Notes: generated by a model from the letters alone, not told the origin. Numbered from the stretch's first letter, positions 27,572 through 36,833 are shown. The stretch is 64,000 nt of DNA from a virus (IMGVR_UViG_3300043473_000069:36669-100668), one strand, 5' to 3'. Translations and numbers: made by a program.

Positions 27572-28111
27572 GTGAAGATGACCGTCACGTTCAAGACGCT
27601 GCATGCCCATCAGCAGGAAGCACTGCGGGAGTGGCGGCGCAACGTCGAGGCGGGCAAGGGCCAGGTCGGCCTGTGGGTCTACGGTGCACGCCGTGCTGGG
27701 ACCACATCGATCGCCTTGCTGGCTGCCGAGTCGGCCATGAGGGTGGCGGATCTCGACACGCTGCAGGTGATCACCGCCCACCGGCTGTGTGGCTCCATCA
27801 GGCAGGGCTGGTCGGCCGATGGGGTGTCGAGAGCCCTCCCGAACGACTACGACCTGTACGTCGAGGCACAGCGGGCACAGGACGCCGTGCTGTCACTCTG
27901 GGACGCCGACATGCTCGTGGTGGACGACTTCCACGAGGAGACGACCGACATGCCGTTCTGGCGCAAGCATGTCCAGGCTGAGATCAACGAGCGCATGAAG
28001 GTACGCAAGCCGCTCGTGGTCGCCACCGACATGGCGCCGAACCATCCGTATCTCTCGGGCCTCCAGGGCTTCATCGAGGATCTGTTCGTGACCTGCTATG
28101 CAGAACGGTGA
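27572..28111 (+). CDS. DnaC/IstB-like helicase loader with a degenerate Walker A
   Basis: GLWVYGARRAGTT, LVVDDF, INER..KPLVVATD motifs. Confidence 0.7.
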   Translation: MKMTVTFKTLHAHQQEALREWRRNVEAGKGQVGLWVYGARRAGTTSIALLAAESAMRVADLDTLQVITAHRLCGSIRQGWSADGVSRALPNDYDLYVEAQRAQDAVLSLWDADMLVVDDFHEETTDMPFWRKHVQAEINERMKVRKPLVVATDMAPNHPYLSGLQGFIEDLFVTCYAER

Positions 28112-28514
28112 CCTGGAAGCCCACGACCGGGACCGCATCATCGTGGTCGTGGAAGGCGTGCTTTGCCTCCCGATCCAGGAGCACGCTCGCAAGTGGGGCC
28201 GTGACAAGGTCGTGGCGTATCACATCAACTGGTACGAGGTGCCGATGAAGCGGCTCATCGTCATCAACGAGCGCAACCCTGAGCTTGACGTGGAGTTGGT
28301 CAGCTTCCTCAGTCAGGATTTCGTGGACCGAGCAGCCGAGTACCTGGATATGGCGGGCATCCCATACGCCGGTATCAAGTTCTGGGACTTCAAGACATTC
28401 GTCGACCTGCTCAAGTTCCAAAGGAACCTGCGGGCCATCTACGACACCGATCCCGATCAACTGGACCGGTACGGCCAAGTGGGCGTGCAGGTGCAGCAGG
28501 GCGCCGACTTCTAG
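28098..28514 (+). CDS. HAD-fold-like hypothetical protein
   Basis: IIVVVEGVL resembles a degenerate HAD motif I. Confidence 0.45.
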   Translation: MQNGDLEAHDRDRIIVVVEGVLCLPIQEHARKWGRDKVVAYHINWYEVPMKRLIVINERNPELDVELVSFLSQDFVDRAAEYLDMAGIPYAGIKFWDFKTFVDLLKFQRNLRAIYDTDPDQLDRYGQVGVQVQQGADF

Positions 28515-29833
28515 TGGCTGACTGGCAGGCAGCGTTCCTCTCCAAGGTGATCCTGGACGAGGAGATGCAGGCGGCGGTGGCCGCTGGCATCACCACGGAG
28601 TTCTTCCGGGACGAGCGCTACCAGCGGGTGTACGAGTTCCTGACGGCCCACTACGGCAAGCACGGCACGGCGCCGGACACCGAGGTGGTGGCCCAGGCCT
28701 TCCCCACGATGGAGTGGAAGCCCCAGCGCCAGGCACTGAGCTACCTCATTGAGCAGATGCGGCGGGACCGCAAGTTCGTGCTGCTGACCCAGGGCCTGAC
28801 CATGGCTGCCGACCACATCGAGTCCGAGGATGCGGACGAGATGGAGGTTGCCATGCACTCCGCCCTCGTGCAGGCCCGGCTGGAGACGTCGCAGTCCCAG
28901 GACGCCGACTTCACGGAGCGGCAGGTGCACGTCGAGGAACGTCTGCTTGACCGCATGGACAACCCCGGCATGCTGCGTGGCATCAGCACGGGGTTCAAAG
29001 GAATTGATTTCGTGACCGGTGGTTTGCAACCGGAGCAGTTCATCGTCTTGCTGGGCACGCCCAAGTCATTCAAGAGCGCCACGTTGCTGGCAATGGCACT
29101 GGCTGTGCATGCTCAGGCCAAGTCTCCGCTGTTCATCGGCTTTGAGATGTCCGGCATCGAACAGGAGGACCGCACGACGTCGCTCCTGTCCGGTGTGGGG
29201 CTCACGAAGATCATGAACGGCACCCTGTCCCAGAAAGAGTTTGATGCTGTTCAGCGAGCGCTACGGGCCATTGAACCAATGCGCCCATTCGTATTCTCGA
29301 CGGACATCTCGTCGGCCACCACCGTTTCCGGCGTACAGGCCAAGATCCAGGAGTACCAACCCGACGTGGTGTTCGTGGACGGTGCTTATCTCATGCAATC
29401 GGAGATCCAAGGGGTCGAACAAGGATCACCCCAAGCCCTGACATCAATCAGCCGTGGGTTGAAGCGGTTGGCGCAGTCGAGCAAGATCCCGATCGTCGTC
29501 ACCACTCAGGCCTCCCTCGTTCGCTCCCGTAGCGGGCTATCACTAGCCTCCGGGATGTACACGCAGGCCTGGGGGCAGGACTGCGACGTGTTCCTCGGTG
29601 TGGAGCGGCAGACCGAGGACAAGGACAGGGAGCCGGACCACGCTGGCCCGGCCAAGGTGAAGTTCAGGGTCATCGAGTCCCGCTCGGGACCCCGCAAGGA
29701 CACGCTGCTGGAGTGGGACTGGGCTCACGGCAGCGTCACGGAACTGGACCCGGAGGCCATCCGGGCGATGCTGAGTACGAAGCGCCGCAAGCAACTGGCG
29801 CACGAAGACGACGACGACGACTGGAACCCCTGA
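28514..29833 (+). CDS. dnaB: DnaB-like replicative helicase
   Basis: GISTGF..GGLQP, GTPKSFKS, FEMS, VFVDGAYLM and ISRGLKRLA motifs. Confidence 0.9.
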   Translation: MADWQAAFLSKVILDEEMQAAVAAGITTEFFRDERYQRVYEFLTAHYGKHGTAPDTEVVAQAFPTMEWKPQRQALSYLIEQMRRDRKFVLLTQGLTMAADHIESEDADEMEVAMHSALVQARLETSQSQDADFTERQVHVEERLLDRMDNPGMLRGISTGFKGIDFVTGGLQPEQFIVLLGTPKSFKSATLLAMALAVHAQAKSPLFIGFEMSGIEQEDRTTSLLSGVGLTKIMNGTLSQKEFDAVQRALRAIEPMRPFVFSTDISSATTVSGVQAKIQEYQPDVVFVDGAYLMQSEIQGVEQGSPQALTSISRGLKRLAQSSKIPIVVTTQASLVRSRSGLSLASGMYTQAWGQDCDVFLGVERQTEDKDREPDHAGPAKVKFRVIESRSGPRKDTLLEWDWAHGSVTELDPEAIRAMLSTKRRKQLAHEDDDDDWNP

Positions 29834-30753
29834 TGGACCTCACAGCGGTACTTGAACAGGCAGGTATCACACCCCTGCGGACGAACAGGCAGGAGGTCAT
29901 CGCTCGCTGTCCGCAGCATGAGGTTCGTACCGGCAAGGCCGACGTCCACCCCTCGTGGTCGATCAACAGCGTGACATACACGCACTTCTGCTTCTCATGT
30001 GGTTACCGAGGGACGCTGACCAGCCTGCTCATCGACATGACGGGCTCAGCACCAGAGGACCTGGAGAAGACGCTCGCCAAGGACTCGTTCCTGCGGAAGA
30101 TGGCGGGCGTCCGGGCCGACCCCGAGACGACCCTGGCTCCGGTCATCCCACTGCTCACCGAGTGGGTGCTGCTCAACATCATGGGCGACGTGCCCGCCAA
30201 GCTGCTCAGCTTTCGGCACCTCCAGCGGGACGCCGTCGATGCGTACCAGGTGCGCTGGGACACGGACACGCACCGCTGGGTGCTTCCTCTACGCTCGACG
30301 GCTGGTGACCTCCTGGGCGCTCAGTACAGGCAGAAGGGCAGCGTCTACACGCTCCCCGAGGGCATGGAGAAGAAGAAGACGCTCTTCGGCTTCGCCCAGT
30401 GCTGCGATCATTCGTACTGCGCCATCGTGGAGTCGCCACTGGACGCCGTCCGTCTCTTCGGACTGGGCATACCGGCGCTCTCTCCACTCGGGGCGTGGGT
30501 CAGCAACGAGCAGGTGCGTCTCCTGGCTTGCACGTTCACCCGTGTGTACATGGCTCTCGACAACGACAAGGCGGGACGTGAGTCTGCTGAGCGGTTGGCT
30601 CCGGCTCTCCGCAAGGCGGGCACGGTCCCGATCCCGTGGTCATACGAGGGCCTGGTGGACGAGGACGGCGACCCGGCCAAGGACCCCGGCGACGTAGACG
30701 ATGATGACCTGCTGCTAGCAAGTTGGAGTCGCACCCTGCGTATGGGACTATGA
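29833..30753 (+). CDS. DNA primase (CHC2 zinc finger + TOPRIM)
   Basis: CPQH..CFSCG; IVESPLDAV; LDNDKAG; KDPGD. Confidence 0.9.
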   Translation: MDLTAVLEQAGITPLRTNRQEVIARCPQHEVRTGKADVHPSWSINSVTYTHFCFSCGYRGTLTSLLIDMTGSAPEDLEKTLAKDSFLRKMAGVRADPETTLAPVIPLLTEWVLLNIMGDVPAKLLSFRHLQRDAVDAYQVRWDTDTHRWVLPLRSTAGDLLGAQYRQKGSVYTLPEGMEKKKTLFGFAQCCDHSYCAIVESPLDAVRLFGLGIPALSPLGAWVSNEQVRLLACTFTRVYMALDNDKAGRESAERLAPALRKAGTVPIPWSYEGLVDEDGDPAKDPGDVDDDDLLLASWSRTLRMGL

Positions 30754-30762
30754 TTCCGATTC

Positions 30763-31044
30763 ATGGCCGACCCGTACATCCGTAGCACGCCAGGGTCTGA
30801 CCGCACCAAGAGCGGCGGCGGCATCCGGCAGAAGCGTGAGGTACGGGTCGATGAGCACACGATGCCGACGACGGTGGAGGACATCGTCAAGGACATCGAG
30901 TGGCTGGTGGAGCACGAGTTGCAGTTCCTCTGGGGCAAGGACCGCATCGCTGACCCCGACCTGCAGCGGGCAGTGAACGTGCTCGTCGCCGTGCACCGCC
31001 GCCTGCGGCCGCAGGAGCGGCGCCGTAGCATCCCTCGGCAGTGA
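30763..31044 (+). CDS. Hypothetical protein
   Basis: Fills the operon gap and overlaps the next start. Confidence 0.5.
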   Translation: MADPYIRSTPGSDRTKSGGGIRQKREVRVDEHTMPTTVEDIVKDIEWLVEHELQFLWGKDRIADPDLQRAVNVLVAVHRRLRPQERRRSIPRQ

Positions 31045-32600
31045 CACTGGAGCTTCGGCCGTACCAGGAGGAAGCGGTCGAGCGCATCCTCGATCGCAGC
31101 AGCCTGCTGCTCGCCCTCACGATGGGTGCTGGCAAGACCGCCACCTCGATCGCTGCCATCCGCAAGCTGCGGCGTGAAAGGGCGGTATCACACGGCGTGG
31201 TCTTCGCTCTCAAGTCGACCAAGTGGCAGTGGGTACGTGAGATACACAAGTGGGACCCTCGGGCACGGGTGCAGGTGGTGGACGGCGACAAGGCTGAGCG
31301 CACCAGGGCCATCAAGCGAGCCCAGCACTACGAGTACACGATCCTCCACTACCAGTGCCTGATCCACGACTGGGACGTCATCACGACGCACCTGCCGATC
31401 GACTTCGTGGTGCTGGACGAGGTCACCACGATCAAGAACTTCTCGGCCAAGACCACCAAGCGAGCCAAGATCCTGGGGAAGCATACGGAGGTACGGCTCG
31501 GGCTCTCCGGCCAGCCCGTGGAAGGGGTGCCCGAACACCTGTACTCCATCATGGAGTTCATCGACCCTGACGTGCTGGGTGGCTTCCACAAGTTCGACCG
31601 CACCTTCATCGAGCGGGACCACTGGGGCAAGCCTGTAAGATACAAGAACCTCCACCTGATCAAGGACCGCCTCGGGCCTGCGATGTACCGCAAGAGCCGG
31701 GAGGACATCAGCGAGTGGCTGCCGGACATGATCGAGCTACCGATGCCGGTGGAGCTAGAGCCTGAGCACATGGCGCTGCACGACCTGGTCAAGGACGAGT
31801 TGAGTGCGGCCATCGACAAGGCCCTGGCGGCAGGGGCCAGGGGAGGGAGCTTCGACATCCAGGCGCACTACGGCCGTACACCTGGAGGACATGACGCTGG
31901 GCTCATGGGTGCTGTCATGTCACGGATGCTCGCCATGAGGATGCTCAGTAGCCATCCGGCTCTCCTCAAGGTGTCGGCCGACAACTTCGATAGCCCGGTA
32001 TCGAGGTCTGGCAGCCAGTACGCATCTGAACTGCGAGCCGCTGGGGTTCTCGACTCCCTCCCTCCGACTCACGCCAAGTTGGACTCCCTACTGGAGATGG
32101 TCAGGGAGATCGTGGACGAGGACCCTCGGCACAAGGTGGTGATCTTCTCGTTCTTCAAGCCGATGCTGTCGATCCTCGGTATCGAGCTACGAAAGCTCGG
32201 TATCACACACTCGACCATCACCGGCGACGTGTCAGGGCTGGAGCGGGACAAGCGGATCCAGTCCTTCAACACCAACCCCGACCACCGTGTGTTCCTGTCG
32301 TCGGACGCAGGCGCCTACGGCATCAGCCTCGGTGCTGGCAGCCACCTCATCTGCTACGACCTGCCGTGGAGCAGTGGAGCCCTGGCTCAGCGCATCAGCC
32401 GCATCGATCGGACCGACAGCCTCTTCGACCAGATCATGATCGGCTACATGTTCGGCCAGGACACCATCGAGGAACGCATGTTCAACATGCTCCAGCAGAA
32501 GCGCAAGATCGCTCGTGCGTTCATCGACGGGGAGTTCGACTACAAGAGCGGCACGCTGACGCTGGACCTGCAGAGCCTTCGTGAGTTCCTGGATGCCTGA
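31041..32600 (+). CDS. SNF2-family helicase
   Basis: LRPYQ, MGAGKT, LDEV, LSGQP, DLPW..QRISRIDR motifs. Confidence 0.9.
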   Translation: MTLELRPYQEEAVERILDRSSLLLALTMGAGKTATSIAAIRKLRRERAVSHGVVFALKSTKWQWVREIHKWDPRARVQVVDGDKAERTRAIKRAQHYEYTILHYQCLIHDWDVITTHLPIDFVVLDEVTTIKNFSAKTTKRAKILGKHTEVRLGLSGQPVEGVPEHLYSIMEFIDPDVLGGFHKFDRTFIERDHWGKPVRYKNLHLIKDRLGPAMYRKSREDISEWLPDMIELPMPVELEPEHMALHDLVKDELSAAIDKALAAGARGGSFDIQAHYGRTPGGHDAGLMGAVMSRMLAMRMLSSHPALLKVSADNFDSPVSRSGSQYASELRAAGVLDSLPPTHAKLDSLLEMVREIVDEDPRHKVVIFSFFKPMLSILGIELRKLGITHSTITGDVSGLERDKRIQSFNTNPDHRVFLSSDAGAYGISLGAGSHLICYDLPWSSGALAQRISRIDRTDSLFDQIMIGYMFGQDTIEERMFNMLQQKRKIARAFIDGEFDYKSGTLTLDLQSLREFLDA

Positions 32601-32637
32601 GCTAATCTGTCTCTCCTACTAGTAAGGGGAGGAACCA

Positions 32638-33219
32638 GTGAAGAGAGTCCTAGCCATGAGCGTGCTCGTGGTATCGGCGGTGGGCCTCGTTGCCTGCGGT
32701 GACGACGACGATGACGGTCCCGATGCCATCACGACGGAAGCGGGGACGGTGCCTGTAGCGGCGTCGATCCCAGGCACCAACATCGTCACCGTGGTCGCCA
32801 CCGACTACAAGTTCAGCGAGCTTCCGGCCGAGGTCCCGGCGGGCACCAAGTTCGCACTGCAGAACGACAGCACGGCCGAGGCGCACGAGATGATCGTGAT
32901 CCGCATCCCCGACGACGAGAAGCGCACCATCGGCCAACTTGCTGCGCTCCCGGAGGCCGAGAGCGACGCTGTGTTCGCAGGAGTCGAGCCCTCCACGGTG
33001 ATCGTGGCGCTACCTGGTGAGACAGGCCAGGCCGTTGAGGGTGACGGCACCGTGACGGAGCCCGGCCGCTACGCCGTGGTGTGCTTCATCCCCAAGGGCG
33101 CCGACCCTGACGTGCTGGCCGAGGCGATGAGCAACACCGCCGCCACCGGCCCGCCCGACATGGGCACCGGCCCGCCCCACATCACGCAGGGCATGTACGC
33201 CGAGACGGTGGTCAAGTAG
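32638..33219 (+). CDS. Cupredoxin-like lipoprotein
   Basis: Lipobox LVAC; HEM...GRYAVVCFIP...PHITQGM supplies His, Cys, His and Met type-1 copper ligands. Confidence 0.75.
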   Translation: MKRVLAMSVLVVSAVGLVACGDDDDDGPDAITTEAGTVPVAASIPGTNIVTVVATDYKFSELPAEVPAGTKFALQNDSTAEAHEMIVIRIPDDEKRTIGQLAALPEAESDAVFAGVEPSTVIVALPGETGQAVEGDGTVTEPGRYAVVCFIPKGADPDVLAEAMSNTAATGPPDMGTGPPHITQGMYAETVVK

Positions 33220-34656
33220 TCAGACCCGCTTGCGCCTCGCCACGACGGCCAGCGTCGCTCCAGCAGCGAGCACGAGGGCTGCCGTGGCGGGGATGAGCGG
33301 GTCGTTGCCGGTGGGAGGCAGGCCGGGCTTGGGAGGCGTGCCAGGCCGTGTGGTGGGCGCTCCCGGAGGCGCAGGTGGGTTCTCCGGGTTGGCGCAGGCG
33401 CTCGACTCGGGCGGGTAGGTGATGAACGCCGTGGCCGTGGGGTTCACCGTGTAGGTGAGTCGAATGCCGTCACGGAGATATTCGTCAGAGGGATCACGTA
33501 CCCAAAGACCAGCATCCGTGAGTATCCATCCAGGGACGTCATCGATGCTCCCGTCAGCATTGACGGTGGTGCCAGGATACAGAAGCTCGACATGACCACC
33601 GGGCTGGTAGACGAGGGGCTGGGTGGAGACGACGTTGCCGTTGATGTCACTCATCGTCAACGTACCGGTCTGCCCAGCCAGCGAGGGGAAGCCAGGTGTG
33701 GCGAAGTCGATGACGATGGTCGGGACCTCAGCCCGGCAGACCGTCGCCGCCCCGCTGAACTGGAACGTCGCCGGGAGGGTCGTCGTGGTTCCTGGCAGGG
33801 TGGTTGTAGTGGTGCCAGAGATCGTCGTCGTCGTCACGCCAGTGGATGTCGTGGTAGAGCCAGGCATCGTCGTCGTCGGCCCAGTCGTAGATGTGGGGCT
33901 GGTCGTCGTCGTCGTTGTCGATGGCGTGCTCGTTGTGGTCGTGGTGGTCCCACAGTTTGGTGTCAACTCCACCGTGGCGGTCGCTGTCTGACCCTGGATC
34001 CGGTAGGTCAGCGTCAGCGGTGACTGGAGGCTGGCGGGCCAGGGGATCGTGATGCTCCCCCCGGAGCGGTACACGAGCGGGCCGTACGACGTGCCATCCG
34101 AGAAGTCGAGGATGCCTGACTGGCCGTTGAGGGCGGCGTTGACCGGGAAGTTGATCTGGATGCCGGGCAGGAAGTCCGAGGTGCAGACAGCGAAGACGTT
34201 GATCCCGAACGGCGTGATGACCGGGCCGGTGGTTGTGGTGCCCGCCTGCGTGGTAGTCGTTGTCCCACCACCGCCCGTCGTCGTGGTCGTCGCCAGCGTT
34301 GTCGTCGTCTGCGATGGGGCGGTGGTCGTCGTCTGGTGAGGTGGCTTGGTGGTCGTCGTGGCTGCCGCAGTGGTCGTCGTCTCGTGAGGCGGCTTCATCG
34401 TCGTCGTCGGATGAGGCTTCTCCGTCGTCGTCGGGTGCTCGCAGCCGTGACCACCTCCACCGGATCTGTAGCCATCCGGACACTCGGTCGTCGTTGGGTG
34501 CTCGTACGGCTTCGTCGTTGTCGTTTCGTGCGGCTTGGCCGTGGTCGTTGTGTTACCGCCGTATCCACCGTCGTCGGGAGCATCGTTCCCGGTGGCTGCA
34601 GCCTGGGCGGCACACCCTGCTAGCAGAACAGCGAGTAATACGAGTGCTCGGCGCAT
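33220..34656 (-). CDS. Thr-rich cell-surface protein with an LPXTG anchor
   Basis: N-terminal signal/lipobox LAGC; poly-Thr linkers; two related beta domains; LPPTG, TM helix and RRKR. Confidence 0.8.
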   Translation of the reverse strand: MRRALVLLAVLLAGCAAQAAATGNDAPDDGGYGGNTTTTAKPHETTTTKPYEHPTTTECPDGYRSGGGGHGCEHPTTTEKPHPTTTMKPPHETTTTAAATTTTKPPHQTTTTAPSQTTTTLATTTTTGGGGTTTTTQAGTTTTGPVITPFGINVFAVCTSDFLPGIQINFPVNAALNGQSGILDFSDGTSYGPLVYRSGGSITIPWPASLQSPLTLTYRIQGQTATATVELTPNCGTTTTTTSTPSTTTTTTSPTSTTGPTTTMPGSTTTSTGVTTTTISGTTTTTLPGTTTTLPATFQFSGAATVCRAEVPTIVIDFATPGFPSLAGQTGTLTMSDINGNVVSTQPLVYQPGGHVELLYPGTTVNADGSIDDVPGWILTDAGLWVRDPSDEYLRDGIRLTYTVNPTATAFITYPPESSACANPENPPAPPGAPTTRPGTPPKPGLPPTGNDPLIPATAALVLAAGATLAVVARRKRV

Positions 34657-34678
34657 GAACCGGGACCTTATAACGCAG

Positions 34679-34708
34679 AGAGCCCCCGCTCCGAAGAACG
34701 GGGGCTCT
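34679..34708 (-). terminator. Hairpin downstream of Ro60
   Basis: AGAGCCCCCG...CGGGGGCTCT, a 10-bp inverted repeat. Confidence 0.6.
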
Positions 34709-34736
34709 ACTCCTGAACTTGGGAGGACAGGGGTAC

Positions 34737-36329
34737 TCAGACCCTACCCGCCGAGAAGTCAGCGATCAGGGCCGGGGCTGCGTTGTCGAAGCCCACGACG
34801 TCCAGCATTCCAGCGTCGCTGGGGTCAGCGATGCTGAACTGGTTGGAGCACATGCCGACCACGACCAGCTTGGCCGGGATGCCGGAGAGCTTGCGGTACT
34901 CCTGCAGCGCCTGCACCGGGTGCGACCGTCCGGCGTACGTCTCCGAGTCCGTGTAGATCACGAAGGTGTCCACGCTGACACCGTTCTTGATCGCCCACAG
35001 CATGGGGAGAGCGCAGTCCGTCCGGTCGAACGGCAGACGGCGGGTCATCTCCACCGTCTGGGCCAGGGACATGCCCTGATGGAGGGCCAGGGGGATGAAG
35101 CCCCCCGAGAACGCCATCACAGCCGTCTGCGGCTCGGTCGCCAGCGTCACCAGCGCCATCGCACTCGACGCCTCACGGGCCGAGAGGAAGGTGCCAGCGA
35201 TCTGGCTGCCGTCCATGGAGCCCGACACGTCGAGCGCCACGAGCGTCCGCTTGTTGGCGGGCTCGACGTTGGCGAACGCCATGCCGAACGTCTTGTCCAG
35301 CGAGGCCAGCACCTTGCCCGAGGGCTGCCAGGTGAGGCTCCCCTTGAAGCCACGCCCGTGGGCGTAGGTCACCGCAGCGGTGAGGACGTTGAGCGGGTGG
35401 ATCCGGCTGCCCTTCACCATGCGCTCCGCCACCAGTCGCTCGGCCACCATGGCCTCGGCCCCCGACATCGGCTTGATGGTGCCGTTGGCGGTGAGCCGAC
35501 CGAGGTTCCGCACGAGTGCGCCCATACCGAGGTTCGGGAGCATGGCGTGCCAGACCTTGGGGTCAGCCAGCATCTCGGACGGCACCACCTCCCAGGGGAG
35601 GCGGTACTGCTCGATCAACTGGACGGCCTCGTCCACCGTGGTGCCGTTGTCGTGGAGCTTGTCCACGGCGCCGAGGAACGTGCCCTCGACTCCCGGCACC
35701 TTGTTGACGGCCCAGCCCAGCGCCTTGGCCTTGGACGAGCCCACGGTGGGGCGGGGCTTGGACAGGCGCAGGAGGTCACGGTGCGACCAGCCCTCACGGC
35801 TCTGGTACTTCGCCACCTGGAGGCACAGGTCATCCAGGTCACGATTCATGTACCAGTCACCGATGGCCGTCCGCAGCGAGCGGCCCCAGCCCCGGAACTG
35901 CTCGACGTAGGAGGCGAACAGGAAGAGGTGGGTACCGGTGCGGCAGACCAGCGGCAGTGCATCGAGCGCCGCCTGACGCACGGTCAGGTCCTCGGCCCCG
36001 GCGCACGCAGCGAGGGCGAACATCGTCGGGTGCTGCTTGGGCGCCCGTCCGTTGACGGAGATGTCCACGATCGTCTGCACGACACGGTCACCGTCCTTGG
36101 CGATGCAGCGCAGGAGCGCAGCGGCGGCGTCCTTGGTGAGCTTCTGCTCCGACGTGTAGTACGTCCCGCCCTCCGTGCCCAGCACGAGGAAGCGGTTGAG
36201 CAGCGTCCAGTCGTCCACCTTGAACGACCAGCCACCGGCAGCGTTGGGCGCCTGGTCGAGGATGCGACCGGGCAGCGGCTCCGTCTGCGGCGTGGCTCGG
36301 GTGGAAACGTTGTGATACGGCGTGGGCAT
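34737..36329 (-). CDS. rsr: Ro60/TROVE-domain RNA-binding protein (Rsr orthologue)
   Basis: NAAGG..RFLVLGTEGGTYY, VCRTGTHLF, KYQSREGWSHRDLLRL, ALVRNL, RIHP, vWA MIDAS DVSGSM, TDCALPM, TDSET and IADP..MLDVVGFD. The ATG at 36329 has GGAGG 7 nt upstream. Confidence 0.97.
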   Translation of the reverse strand: MPTPYHNVSTRATPQTEPLPGRILDQAPNAAGGWSFKVDDWTLLNRFLVLGTEGGTYYTSEQKLTKDAAAALLRCIAKDGDRVVQTIVDISVNGRAPKQHPTMFALAACAGAEDLTVRQAALDALPLVCRTGTHLFLFASYVEQFRGWGRSLRTAIGDWYMNRDLDDLCLQVAKYQSREGWSHRDLLRLSKPRPTVGSSKAKALGWAVNKVPGVEGTFLGAVDKLHDNGTTVDEAVQLIEQYRLPWEVVPSEMLADPKVWHAMLPNLGMGALVRNLGRLTANGTIKPMSGAEAMVAERLVAERMVKGSRIHPLNVLTAAVTYAHGRGFKGSLTWQPSGKVLASLDKTFGMAFANVEPANKRTLVALDVSGSMDGSQIAGTFLSAREASSAMALVTLATEPQTAVMAFSGGFIPLALHQGMSLAQTVEMTRRLPFDRTDCALPMLWAIKNGVSVDTFVIYTDSETYAGRSHPVQALQEYRKLSGIPAKLVVVGMCSNQFSIADPSDAGMLDVVGFDNAAPALIADFSAGRV

Positions 36330-36336
36330 GGTGGGT

Positions 36337-36424
36337 CCTCCGGTCAAGTGAGTGACGGCCCTACAGGCGGGGCTTTGAACCCCGGACCTCTCCCAAAGAG
36401 AACAGGCCGTCTCCGGCCCGAAGG
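36337..36424 (-). ncRNA. Y RNA element 5, overlapping the Ro60 RBS
   Basis: CCUUCGG/CCGGAGG stem and Ro helix; T-like arm CGGGG-UUCAAAG-CCCCG. Confidence 0.82.
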
Positions 36425-36439
36425 TGGGCCAGACTGAGC

Positions 36440-36562
36440 GCTGCGGGCAAGTGAGTGCCAGCCGGTATCCCCAGCCGAAGCTGGGGTCCCGGTTCGGTAG
36501 ATCCGGGTTGGCGGATTCGAAACCGCCTGGTACCTGGTAACCGGATGACTCCGGCCCGCAGC
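36440..36562 (-). ncRNA. Y RNA element 4
   Basis: GCUGCGGG/CCCGCAGC stem and Ro helix; T-like arm GGCGG-UUUCGAAU-CCGCC; two further hairpins, one with a cUUCGg loop. Confidence 0.85.
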
Positions 36563-36574
36563 TATGAGTTGTGT

Positions 36575-36683
36575 GTTACGGACAAGTTGTGCGACCCGAG
36601 TCCCCAACCAACAGGGGTTCGGGAGCCTTGCGGCCCCCGGTAGGAATCGAACCAACGATGAACGGACCACTCCGGCCCGTAAC
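36575..36683 (-). ncRNA. Y RNA element 3, YrlA-type
   Basis: GUUACGG/CCGUAAC stem with GCCGGAG/ACUUG; T loop UUCGAUU; CGGGGGCC-GCAA-GGCUCCCG; D-like arm CCCC-UGUUGGUU-GGGG. Confidence 0.87.
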
Positions 36684-36691
36684 GAGTAGGT

Positions 36692-36818
36692 GCTGAGGTC
36701 AAGTGATGCTGCTCGGGGTTTGCCGCTCTACCAACTGAGCTAACGGGTTGCCCCGTACGGGATTCGAACCCGTGACCTGCCCTTTACAAGAGGTAACCGA
36801 ACTGCTCCGGCCCTCAGC
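36692..36818 (-). ncRNA. Y RNA element 2, YrlA-type permuted tRNA mimic
   Basis: GCUGAGG/CCUCAGC terminal stem and Ro helix; T arm ACGGG-UUCGAAU-CCCGU; GCAA-capped acceptor stem; D arm GCUC-AGUUGGUA-GAGC. Confidence 0.92.
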
Positions 36819-36833
36819 GAGATCTGTTGTCAA

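Noticed and set aside
34719-36437. 572-aa plus-strand ORF
   Set aside because: It is the antisense shadow of Ro60 caused by high-GC codon bias and has no recognisable motifs.
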